A stretch of 32,263 nucleotides of DNA. It comes from an uncultured Staphylococcaceae bacterium. GTDB lineage: Bacteria > Bacillota_I > Bacilli_A > RFN20 > CAG-826. The stretch spans positions 16,533 to 48,795 of the forward strand of contig CAYSPV010000006.1 of NCBI GenBank assembly GCA_964433025.1, given 5' to 3'. The notes beneath the pieces were generated by a model. It was given only the letters and a program-made list of their open reading frames with translations. It was not told the origin of the DNA and ran no database searches. Shown piece by piece: positions 19,495 through 28,710 of the stretch. Position numbers and translations under genes: made by a program. Numbering within the stretch: the first letter of the stretch is position 1; the number at the start of each line of letters is the position of its first letter.

Positions 19495-21264
19495 TTAACT
19501 AGCAATTTTAAGTTTTTTACTTAACAATAAATGTTCTTCTTTAGAACCATTTTTAAATTGTAGATCATATAGAAGTTTATAGGCTCCATTTTGTTTAATT
19601 AATTGTTCATGAGAACCTTTTTCTTTAATCATTCCATCATCTATTACAATAATTGTATCTGCATTTTTAATCGTAGATAATCTATGGGCTACGACAATTG
19701 TAGTTCTACCTTTGCATAACTCATCTAAAGCATTTTGAATTAATAATTCAGTTGTATTATCTAAAGATGAAGTAGCCTCATCTAATATTAAAATAGAGGG
19801 ATTTTTTAAAAAGATTCTGGCGATTGATATTCTTTGTTTTTGACCACCTGATAATTTAACACCTCTTTCTCCTATATCTGTATCAAATCCATTAGGTAAA
19901 GACATAATATAATCATAAATATTAGCCTTTTTAGCAGCCTCTATTAATTCTTCTTTAGAAGCATCTACATTACCATATAAGATATTATCTTTTATACTAC
20001 CTCCAAATAAGAATACATCTTGTTGAACTATACCTATTTGTTTTCTTAAAGATTCTAAGGTGAATTCATTAATATTTTCATTATCTATTAAAATCTGACC
20101 ATCTCTAACGTCATAGAAGTGGGGGATTAAATGACATATCGTAGTTTTACCTCCTCCTGAAGGACCCACAAGTGCAACTTTTTCACCTTTTTTAATCTTA
20201 AAAGAAATATTATCTAATATTTCCTTAGAACTTTTATATTTAAAATTGACATTTTTAAATTCTATTTCCCCCTCTACTTGATGACATATCTTATCTCCTG
20301 CATAGACATCTTCTTCTTCCTCATCCATGATCTCTGCAAATCTTTTAAATCCAGTCGTACCATTTTGAAATTGTTCAATAAAGTTAATCAATTGATTAAT
20401 AGGAGAAATAAACATATTAACAGAAATAATAAATGTCGAATAATCTGCCCAATCTATTTTGTCATAATATAAGAAGATACCACCCGCTAACAAAACTAAA
20501 ACATTAAAAACATCAGTTATAAATTGTGATGAAGCAAAAAATTTACCCATTGCCTTAAAAGCAGAGCTTCTAGCTTTAATAAATTCTTTATTAGTATCAT
20601 CAAATTTTTCTTCTTCTTTAGTAGTGTTTGTAAAAGCTTTAGTAACCCTAATACCTGAAATAGAAGATTCAAGCTGCGCATTTACTTTAGCCATCGCTAC
20701 TTTTGATTCAAGCTGAGCTTTTCGCATTTGTCTTCTAAAATGAGAAGTAACAAAAAATAAGAAAGGCACTACAGCAAAAATAATAATCGCTAAAAGCCAG
20801 TTAATATAACAAAGATAAGCAAAAGAGGCAATTAAAGTAAAACCTGCAATAAAGATATTTTCAGGACCATGATGGGCTAATTCTGATATATCTAATAAGT
20901 CATGAGTCATTCTAGACATAATCTTTCCTGTCTCATTTTCATCATAAAAGGTATAAGGAAGCTTTTCTAATTTAACAAACATATCTTTTCTCATCTCTGC
21001 TTGCATTCTTACACCCATAACATGGCCATAATATTGAATAAAATATCTTAAAAACATCCTAATCACATAAATAGCAAGTAAAGACACTCCGCTTATAATA
21101 ACCAAATCAATTTTTTGATTTGGAATAAAATCATTTAACATAAATCTAGTAATTATTGGATAGCCCATACCAATAACAGAAACTAAAAATGAGGCAATCA
21201 TATCTAAAATAAATATCTTTTTATGAGGCTTATAATATTTAACAAATCTTTTTAATAAATCCAT
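19495..21264 (-). CDS. ABC exporter, fused TMD-NBD (MsbA/MdlB-like)
   Basis: TM region, GPSGGGKTT, VQQDVFLF, LSGGQKQR, ILDEATS, VAHRLST. Confidence 0.95.
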   Translation of the reverse strand: MDLLKRFVKYYKPHKKIFILDMIASFLVSVIGMGYPIITRFMLNDFIPNQKIDLVIISGVSLLAIYVIRMFLRYFIQYYGHVMGVRMQAEMRKDMFVKLEKLPYTFYDENETGKIMSRMTHDLLDISELAHHGPENIFIAGFTLIASFAYLCYINWLLAIIIFAVVPFLFFVTSHFRRQMRKAQLESKVAMAKVNAQLESSISGIRVTKAFTNTTKEEEKFDDTNKEFIKARSSAFKAMGKFFASSQFITDVFNVLVLLAGGIFLYYDKIDWADYSTFIISVNMFISPINQLINFIEQFQNGTTGFKRFAEIMDEEEEDVYAGDKICHQVEGEIEFKNVNFKYKSSKEILDNISFKIKKGEKVALVGPSGGGKTTICHLIPHFYDVRDGQILIDNENINEFTLESLRKQIGIVQQDVFLFGGSIKDNILYGNVDASKEELIEAAKKANIYDYIMSLPNGFDTDIGERGVKLSGGQKQRISIARIFLKNPSILILDEATSSLDNTTELLIQNALDELCKGRTTIVVAHRLSTIKNADTIIVIDDGMIKEKGSHEQLIKQNGAYKLLYDLQFKNGSKEEHLLLSKKLKIAS

Positions 21265-21372
21265 ATCATTCTCCTTATCTTATCTATTATCTTATCATAT
21301 CTTAAAAATAATTATTTTTAGATACATTTTAAAAGTAAAAACCGCTTTAAAATGGCAAAAAATAAAAATTAT

Positions 21373-21403
21373 TTGAAATGTCAATCATAAATGTTTATAT
21401 AAT
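21373..21403 (+). promoter_or_regulatory. Putative promoter of lipoprotein 1 (type A, shared with lipoprotein 2)
   Basis: TTGAAA...TATATAAT; near-identical block at 23777-23807. Confidence 0.55.
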
Positions 21404-21432
21404 ATATAACGTAATAAGAAAGGGGATATATT

Positions 21433-23652
21433 ATGAGTAAATTTAAATCCACCCTATTAATATCATTATTTGCCTTAGTGTTAACTGCCTGTAATGGCAC
21501 AGATGATTCAAGTCTAACATCCACAAGTGATGATGATATTATAACCACGACAAGTGCAGGTGATACTAGCACTAGTGAAATAAATGATGAAAATCCTGAA
21601 TTAGTAAAATCTGTATTAGAAAAATTACAAGAAGATTCATTTAGTTTTGATGGTGATTTTTCTTCATATGCCACTAATAGTGATGGAGAATTAGTATATT
21701 CTAGCTATTCATACATTAAAGGATATTATAGCAGTGATAGATATGTAAATATCTATTATGATGATGAAGGCTATGATGAAAGTAGAATCGAGTATTATAA
21801 AAACGCTGATACAGGTTATATAGAAGCTCGCTATTTAGATCCTACTACCAATCAAACAATAACACAAAAATTAGTCAATTCAGCTAGTAGTCAAATCTTA
21901 TATGATTCTTTATATTACAATCCTTGGTGGTATGTAGATAACACCATGGGAGCCGCTCAAGGTAATGTTATTTACTTTAATTTTGATAGCAGTATTGGAA
22001 GTGGTATTTTTGGTATTTTAACTAATTATCTTTATGACTGCTCAAGTGCTCAAGTATATGTTGATGATAATGGTGATATTGAATATGTATATATTGAAAC
22101 TGATATTATGGACGCTACATATGGTAGTGAACCTGTTGATTATTATTGTACATTCTTATATGAATTCATCGATTTTGAAGAAGTTGGAGCTTATAGTGCT
22201 GAGCCAAGAGAAGCCACAGATGAAACTCAAGCTTTACAAGAAGTATTTGATGAATTAAAGAAAGGTAATTATACCGCTGATATTTCCTTTAATAGAAAAA
22301 GCACTTTTGCTGGTACAGATTATGATTATACTTTTGAAGGTAAAATCATTGCTAGTGATGATGCTTATTTAGTGGTAACAGTTAATGATCCTGTAAGCAC
22401 TAATGTTACTAATGGTCAAATTGAAGGTTATGTAGCGGATACTGAAAGTAGCTATCAATATGTAGAAGGTAATATCAGTGATGGTGTTTTATCTAACACT
22501 GATTCTTCAATTTCTGGTGGTTATGTTTCACAAGTAAAAACTGAATTTTCTATTCTTGCGGAAATGTTTGATTATGTAGGTGATAATACCTATGTATACG
22601 CAAATGATGGTACTGAAGATTTCTTATATTTAACAAATCCTGATTATGATTTTACTGATTATTATAATCCAGGTGGTGATCCAGATGTTGGCTCATTTAC
22701 TATTACTTTAAATAGTGATGGCACAGTATGTATTGATTGGACTTCTAGAGCAGGTTGGTATGGTACTTATTACTACATGACTTCACATACATGTATTTCT
22801 AAGATTGGTACTACCACTTTAGATGATTATAATTTTACAATTAATTTCTTTGAACCTCCACGTTCATGGGCAGAAATTGAAGGTGCACAAACTATCTTAG
22901 ATAGATTTGATTTAACTGGTTATGAATTCCCATGGTTTGATGATTTATATGGTACATGGACCAGTTATAATGAAAACAGTGCTTATGGCTATTTTAGAAC
23001 AAGTGTTAATAATGATATGACTGTCGATGAAATATATGAATATGTCGATCAAGAATTAAAATCCTATGGATGGGTATATGAAGGTATAAATATTGATGGT
23101 GAATATATGTATACCTACACTAAAGAAAATGGCTATGTTGTAGGAGCATCAGTTTATGCTTCTAGATATTATGTATGGATTTACATATGCAATGCCTTTA
23201 ATACCTTCTTCCAGGTTAACTTTGGTCAGTCCGTCACTCGTAATTACACACTTACATCTACTTATAATGATGGAACAAACACTTATACATCAGTAGTAGA
23301 AGTAGAAGGATCATATGCTCTTGCAAATGGAACATCTATGACTGCTTCAGATGTATATGGTTCATCTTATACATTAGGTGACAGTGCGGGTTATGGTACT
23401 ACACTTACAAGTTATGATTCTAGTACTGGTATTTATACATTTGATATTGCAAACGGTATTGTTAGAAATTTCTATTATTCCTCTAGATTAAGAGAAGACT
23501 TTGGTGTTAACGTTGATAGTGATATATCTTCTGCAGTGGTGACCAAATGTGAATTAAACTACGATGCAGGTATATTAGATATCTCTGTCACTGTAGGAGA
23601 TAATATAACCATTGACTTTAATTTAACCATTGGTAATGCAAGTATTATATAA
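21433..23652 (+). CDS. Surface lipoprotein paralog 1 (subfamily A)
   Basis: Lipobox LTAC, Ser/Thr linker, family motifs YLDPTTN, YYNPWW, GNYTAD, FxILAEMFDYVG. Confidence 0.9.
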   Translation: MSKFKSTLLISLFALVLTACNGTDDSSLTSTSDDDIITTTSAGDTSTSEINDENPELVKSVLEKLQEDSFSFDGDFSSYATNSDGELVYSSYSYIKGYYSSDRYVNIYYDDEGYDESRIEYYKNADTGYIEARYLDPTTNQTITQKLVNSASSQILYDSLYYNPWWYVDNTMGAAQGNVIYFNFDSSIGSGIFGILTNYLYDCSSAQVYVDDNGDIEYVYIETDIMDATYGSEPVDYYCTFLYEFIDFEEVGAYSAEPREATDETQALQEVFDELKKGNYTADISFNRKSTFAGTDYDYTFEGKIIASDDAYLVVTVNDPVSTNVTNGQIEGYVADTESSYQYVEGNISDGVLSNTDSSISGGYVSQVKTEFSILAEMFDYVGDNTYVYANDGTEDFLYLTNPDYDFTDYYNPGGDPDVGSFTITLNSDGTVCIDWTSRAGWYGTYYYMTSHTCISKIGTTTLDDYNFTINFFEPPRSWAEIEGAQTILDRFDLTGYEFPWFDDLYGTWTSYNENSAYGYFRTSVNNDMTVDEIYEYVDQELKSYGWVYEGINIDGEYMYTYTKENGYVVGASVYASRYYVWIYICNAFNTFFQVNFGQSVTRNYTLTSTYNDGTNTYTSVVEVEGSYALANGTSMTASDVYGSSYTLGDSAGYGTTLTSYDSSTGIYTFDIANGIVRNFYYSSRLREDFGVNVDSDISSAVVTKCELNYDAGILDISVTVGDNITIDFNLTIGNASII

Positions 23653-23670
23653 TAATACTTAACTAACTTT

Positions 23671-23747
23671 GGTTCGTAATATAATTTCTCCAAATTATAT
23701 TCAAAAATATCTAAAAAGGAAAACAGGTTAACTCCTGTTTTTCTTTT
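23671..23747 (+). ncRNA. Conserved CUCC-loop hairpin plus terminator element, copy 1 (type A)
   Basis: GGTTCGT-AATATAATTT-ctcc-AAATTATATT, A-rich linker, GAAAACAGG/CCTGTTTTTC terminator with T tail. Confidence 0.6.
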
Positions 23748-23776
23748 ATTAATAACTAGAAAATAATAAAAATTGT

Positions 23777-23807
23777 TTGAAATGTTAATCGTAAATGTTT
23801 ATATAAT
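23777..23807 (+). promoter_or_regulatory. Putative promoter of lipoprotein 2
   Basis: TTGAAA...TATATAAT, homologous to 21373-21403. Confidence 0.55.
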
Positions 23808-23835
23808 ATACCATAAAAAAGAAAGGGGATACGTT

Positions 23836-26043
23836 ATGAGAAAATTAAAATCCACAATATTAGTGTCACTACTAACCTTAGTGTTAAGTGCATGTACAGT
23901 AACAGAAGATACAAGCATAATATCTACAACAAGCGATGATCCAAGCACTACTACAACTAGTACTACAAGTACAGAAGAAGTATCAGTTGCATCTGTTTTA
24001 GCTAAATTACAAGAAGATTCATTTAGTTTTGATGGTGATTTATCTATATATGCAAATAACAGCGAAGGATCTTTAGTATATTCTGGTTATCAATCTATTA
24101 AAGGTTATTATAGCAATGATAGATATGTAAATATCGCTTATGATGATGAAGGCTATGATAGTGATAGAATTGATTATTATAAAAACGCAGAAACTGGTTA
24201 TATTGAAAGTCGTTATTTAGATCCTACTACAAATGAAACAGTAGTGGAAAGAAGAGTAAGTTCTACGACTGGAGAACAAGTTTATTTTGATTCTTTATAT
24301 TATAATCCTTGGTGGTATGTAGAAGAATCTGATGGAACATTAGAAGGTGATATCGTTACTTTTACATTATCTACCACCGTTGGTTATAACATGTTTGGTA
24401 TTTTTACTAATTATGGTTATACTGCAGAGACTGCAACAGTGCATTTAACTAGTGATGGTGAAATTGATTATGTTTTATTAGAAACTGGTTATATGGACGC
24501 GACATATTACGGTGATCCTGTTATTATGTGGTGTACATATTTATATGAATACATTTCTTTTGAAGAAGTTGGAGCTTACAGTGCTGAACCTAGAGAAGCT
24601 ACTTCTGAAACTCAAGCCTTACAAGATCTATTTGATGAATTAAAAAAAGGTAATTACACCGCGGATGTTACCTTTAATAGAAAAGCTTCAACAAGCTATT
24701 TTGGTGATGAAGACTATACATTCTTAGGAAGAATTATTAGTACTGAAAATGCTTTCTTAGTGGTTTATGTTGAAGATAATGTAAGTACAAATGTTACTAA
24801 TGGTGAAATTGAAGGTTATGTCACTTATAGTGAGGGCTATTATCAAAGAGTTGTAGGTAATATTAACGATAATAGTGTTTATAACACTGATAATAGAATT
24901 AGAGAAGGTGATATTTCCCAATTCCAAACTCAATTTACTATCCTCGCAGAAATGTTTGATTATGTAGGAAATAATCAATATGTATACGCAAATTATGGTC
25001 AAGAAAGTTATCTATATTTAACTTCTCCTGATTATGAATATTCAACATTCTATTATCCTAGTAGTAGGAATTATCCAGATGTTGGTTCATTTACCTTTAC
25101 TTTAAATGATGATGGAACAGCATCTATCGACTATACTTTAAGAGCATCATTTGGCTATTATATGTATATTACAGTCCATGTCGATATCTACGATATCGGA
25201 AGTACATCAGTAGCAGCCTTTAATCTTACTTTAACTGATCCTGCAGGATCATGGTCTGAAGTAAGTGGTGCTTATGATGTATTTGATACATATGGTTTAG
25301 ATTATGATGAATTCCCATTCTTTGATCAAATAACTGGTGTTTGGTCTGTTACAAATGGCTCTGCTTATGCTCAGTTTAGAAACCTTAAACCTAGTAGCAT
25401 GACCATTGATGAAACATATGAATACATTGATGATGAATTTACAGGTACTGGATGGGTTTATCAAGGACAAAACCTATATGGTGAATATATGTATACCTTT
25501 ACTAGATCTAATGGTCTAATAGTAGGAGCGTCTGTTACCTTAGATAGCAATGGTTATGTATATATTTATATATATAACGCTCTTAGTACATGGTTATTTA
25601 TAGGTTTTGGAGATACCACTAATCCTAACTATACACTTACAACTACTTATAGTGATGGTACAAATAGCTATACATCAGTAGTGGAAGTAGATGGTGCATT
25701 TGCTATGGCAAATGGCACTAGTGTAAGTGTTTCTACAGTATTTAATCCTAGTGGTTCATATCCATTAACTGACGCTACTTCCTATGAATCTACACTTACA
25801 AATTATGATTCCTCTACAGGTATTTATACATTTGATATTTCAAACAATATAGTTAGAACTTTCTATTATTCCTCTAGAATAAGAGAAGATTATGGAATCT
25901 ATATTGATAGTGATATATCTTCTGCAGTTGTAACTAAATGTGAATTAGATTACACTAATAATAAATTAACTATTTCCATTAGTGTGGGTGATAATATTAC
26001 TATTGATTTTACTCTTACGTTTGGAAGCGCTAGTATTGCTTAA
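23836..26043 (+). CDS. Surface lipoprotein paralog 2 (subfamily A)
   Basis: True start ATG 23836 (MRKLKS..., AAAGGGG SD); lipobox LSAC; colinear with paralog 1 to the C-terminus. Confidence 0.9.
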   Translation: MRKLKSTILVSLLTLVLSACTVTEDTSIISTTSDDPSTTTTSTTSTEEVSVASVLAKLQEDSFSFDGDLSIYANNSEGSLVYSGYQSIKGYYSNDRYVNIAYDDEGYDSDRIDYYKNAETGYIESRYLDPTTNETVVERRVSSTTGEQVYFDSLYYNPWWYVEESDGTLEGDIVTFTLSTTVGYNMFGIFTNYGYTAETATVHLTSDGEIDYVLLETGYMDATYYGDPVIMWCTYLYEYISFEEVGAYSAEPREATSETQALQDLFDELKKGNYTADVTFNRKASTSYFGDEDYTFLGRIISTENAFLVVYVEDNVSTNVTNGEIEGYVTYSEGYYQRVVGNINDNSVYNTDNRIREGDISQFQTQFTILAEMFDYVGNNQYVYANYGQESYLYLTSPDYEYSTFYYPSSRNYPDVGSFTFTLNDDGTASIDYTLRASFGYYMYITVHVDIYDIGSTSVAAFNLTLTDPAGSWSEVSGAYDVFDTYGLDYDEFPFFDQITGVWSVTNGSAYAQFRNLKPSSMTIDETYEYIDDEFTGTGWVYQGQNLYGEYMYTFTRSNGLIVGASVTLDSNGYVYIYIYNALSTWLFIGFGDTTNPNYTLTTTYSDGTNSYTSVVEVDGAFAMANGTSVSVSTVFNPSGSYPLTDATSYESTLTNYDSSTGIYTFDISNNIVRTFYYSSRIREDYGIYIDSDISSAVVTKCELDYTNNKLTISISVGDNITIDFTLTFGSASIA

Positions 26044-26051
26044 TTAACTTA

Positions 26052-26129
26052 GGTTCGTAATATAATTTCTCCAAATTATATTTAAAAAATATCTAAAAAG
26101 GAAAACAGGTTAATTCCTGTTTTTCTTTT
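26052..26129 (+). ncRNA. Conserved CUCC-loop hairpin plus terminator element, copy 2 (type A)
   Basis: Differs from copy 1 by only about 3 positions. Confidence 0.6.
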
Positions 26130-26153
26130 AATATGTGTGCAAAATAAAAAAAG

Positions 26154-26182
26154 TTTACATTTAATTCTAATTAGTCTAAAAT
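26154..26182 (+). promoter_or_regulatory. Putative promoter of lipoprotein 3
   Basis: TTTACA-17-TAAAAT with an A-tract upstream. Confidence 0.6.
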
Positions 26183-26215
26183 AAGTTCACTTTTTTCAAA
26201 AAAAGGAGGAACTTT

Positions 26216-28525
26216 ATGAAAAGATTTAAAGGACTTATATTTATACCACTAGCGGCCTTACTTGTCACAGCGTGTGATAATAATGACGTTAGTAGTAGTA
26301 CATCAGCAACTGAAGACCCTTCAGTTACTACCACATCAGATGATCCTACATCAACAACAAGTAGCCCTACTGTAACTGTTGATAGTGTTCTTAACGCTTT
26401 ACAAGATGATGTTGCCTTTGAAGGTACGCTTTCTATTAAAGCTAGCGATAGCACTGGTGAAGTTGTATATGATTCTGTATATAGTTTTATTGAAGGTTAT
26501 ATTGGAAGCGATAGATTTTTCAATATTGAAACTGAAGAAGATGGAACAGAATCTTATCGTGTTGAATATTACGCTAATGAGGACACAGGATATGTAGAAG
26601 CTCGTTATTTAGATCCTACTACTAATGAAACAGCAATAACTAGTTTAGTTAGCTCTTCTACAGGAAATCCTACATATTTTGTCGCTAATTTCTTTAACCC
26701 ATGGTTATATGTTGATTCTTCTATGGGTACTTTAGTAGACGATACAGTTACATTTGAATTAGATTCTACTACAGGTAATTATTTATTCTATCTATTTACA
26801 TTCTATTCAAGCTTTGTTGCTACAACTGCAACAGTAGAAGTTGACACTTCTACAGGTGCAATTGAAACTGTAACATTTGCTACTGCTACAACTGAATCAA
26901 CCTTAAATGGTGAACCAGTTGATGCTTGGTATGAATTTAGCTATGAAATAGTTACTCTTGATGACATTGATTATTATAATGTCGATCCAAGAACTGGTGA
27001 TGAAAATACCGCTTCTTTACAAAGCGTATTTAATTCATTACAAGATGGTAATTACACTGCTGATGTAACAGTCAGTGGTGGTAGATCTACAATAACTTCT
27101 ACAATCTATAGTACTCCATCTTTAATCATTGAAGATTACAATGGTGAAATATATGGTGTAGTCGATTATGATGAAGGTTATAAAATTGTTTCAGGAATAA
27201 GTGGTGAAACAACTTTAACTGCATCAAATAATACCTACAGCGGAAGTGCATCTAATTTCTTAAGACCATTTACCATCTTAGCGGAAATGTTTGATTATGT
27301 AGGTGATAATACTTATGTATACGCAAATAGAGGTACAGAAGATTATTTATATTTAACAATGCCAGAATCTATGTTCTATGATTATGAACCTTCTGTTGGT
27401 ACATATACTTGGGTTTTAAATAGTGATGGCACTGTTTCTATTAGTTATTCTACTGACAGTGGTTATAGTGTATCTGTAGAGGTATCCGCTATTGGTACAA
27501 CTGATTTAAGCAGATTCTCAATTGAAGTTGATGATCCAGCCGATAGTTGGGATGATGTTGATGGTGCAGCGGAATTACTTGCTAAATTTAACATTCCTAC
27601 CGACGCTATTCCTTGGTTTGATGATTTAACTGGTTGGGCTGTTTATGATTACTATAGCTATGGTTATGGTGTGCTAGTACATGAAAATACTATTGATGCA
27701 GACGCAAACACCATTCATAGTGCATTATTAGCAGCGGGTTGGTCTTATACTGGAATAAATTCTTATTCTGAATATGCCTATACCCTTGATTTAGAAGATG
27801 GAAGTGGATTAACCTTAAACATCTCATTTGTTATTTCTTATGGTTATATATACATTTATTTATATCCTGCTGATAATGTTCTAACTGAATTTATCGCTGA
27901 TAATTTCTCTGATTATACTTCTTTAAACTACACATTAAATACTGTGTATTATGAAACTGTAATTCCTGCAAATTCTACCACTTGGGAATTAGATTATGAT
28001 AGCGCTACTACATATGAATATACATACTCAGTACAATATGATAATGATAAAGCATTAATCGGCAATTATTTATATGTAGAAGTAGATACTGGTATAAATG
28101 TTTATTATGGTGCTAGCGGTACTTATTCATACTATACATCATATCAAAATAGTGCTGATGGTACTTATACTGTTGGAGGAAGTTTATATAGCTTATATCA
28201 TTTATCCTTAGCGTCATCTCGTCATTTCTATCAAACCTCTTATGATGGTGATATGTATTACTTTACCTTAGGCACAAATGCTTTATATTACCTAGGAGCA
28301 GCATCTCAAACCCTTACTAGCAGTGAACTTCAGGGATATACTAGTTGGACAGGTGAAGCTTCATTTGATGCTAGTACTGGTACTATACATGCATATATTT
28401 ATGGTATTACTAATTCTTATTATTGGCTTGATTCTAGTTATTCAACACTTGGCTATATCTATTCATATTTAGATATAACTATCAGTAATGTTGGTACAAC
28501 AAGTATCAGCGTTACCTACAATTAA
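26216..28525 (+). CDS. Surface lipoprotein paralog 3 (subfamily B)
   Basis: AGGAGG SD, lipobox VTAC, same family motifs, C-terminal region unlike paralogs 1/2. Confidence 0.9.
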   Translation: MKRFKGLIFIPLAALLVTACDNNDVSSSTSATEDPSVTTTSDDPTSTTSSPTVTVDSVLNALQDDVAFEGTLSIKASDSTGEVVYDSVYSFIEGYIGSDRFFNIETEEDGTESYRVEYYANEDTGYVEARYLDPTTNETAITSLVSSSTGNPTYFVANFFNPWLYVDSSMGTLVDDTVTFELDSTTGNYLFYLFTFYSSFVATTATVEVDTSTGAIETVTFATATTESTLNGEPVDAWYEFSYEIVTLDDIDYYNVDPRTGDENTASLQSVFNSLQDGNYTADVTVSGGRSTITSTIYSTPSLIIEDYNGEIYGVVDYDEGYKIVSGISGETTLTASNNTYSGSASNFLRPFTILAEMFDYVGDNTYVYANRGTEDYLYLTMPESMFYDYEPSVGTYTWVLNSDGTVSISYSTDSGYSVSVEVSAIGTTDLSRFSIEVDDPADSWDDVDGAAELLAKFNIPTDAIPWFDDLTGWAVYDYYSYGYGVLVHENTIDADANTIHSALLAAGWSYTGINSYSEYAYTLDLEDGSGLTLNISFVISYGYIYIYLYPADNVLTEFIADNFSDYTSLNYTLNTVYYETVIPANSTTWELDYDSATTYEYTYSVQYDNDKALIGNYLYVEVDTGINVYYGASGTYSYYTSYQNSADGTYTVGGSLYSLYHLSLASSRHFYQTSYDGDMYYFTLGTNALYYLGAASQTLTSSELQGYTSWTGEASFDASTGTIHAYIYGITNSYYWLDSSYSTLGYIYSYLDITISNVGTTSISVTYN

Positions 28526-28528
28526 TTA

Positions 28529-28609
28529 GGTTTCGTAATATAATTATTCTCCAAATTATATTAGAAAATATGCGAAAGGGAAAACAGGGTTACACCCTGT
28601 TTTTCTCTT
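28529..28609 (+). ncRNA. Conserved CUCC-loop hairpin plus terminator element, copy 3 (type B)
   Basis: TTTCG-TAATATAATT-attctcca-AATTATATTA-...-CGAAA, then AAAACAGGG/CCCTGTTTT terminator. Confidence 0.6.
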
Positions 28610-28640
28610 CATTTATTGTATTTAATCAAATTAAAAATTA

Positions 28641-28671
28641 TTTACATATGTAAATATGTTTGATATAAAAT
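28641..28671 (+). promoter_or_regulatory. Putative promoter of lipoprotein 4
   Basis: TTTACA-17-(TGn)TATAAA(AT). Confidence 0.55.
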
Positions 28672-28710
28672 AAACATTCTTTTTATAAGCAAGGGGGAAA
28701 CAACAAACTT

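Noticed and set aside
984-26597. Other short overlapping ORFs in the track (984-1391, 1542-1763, 3431-3658, 5063-5266, 5833-6036, 12015-12209, 12353-12556, 17858-18046, 20278-20472, 22034-22258, 24757-25002, 26379-26597)
   Set aside because: Shadow frames of well-supported genes, with no RBS or recognisable motifs.
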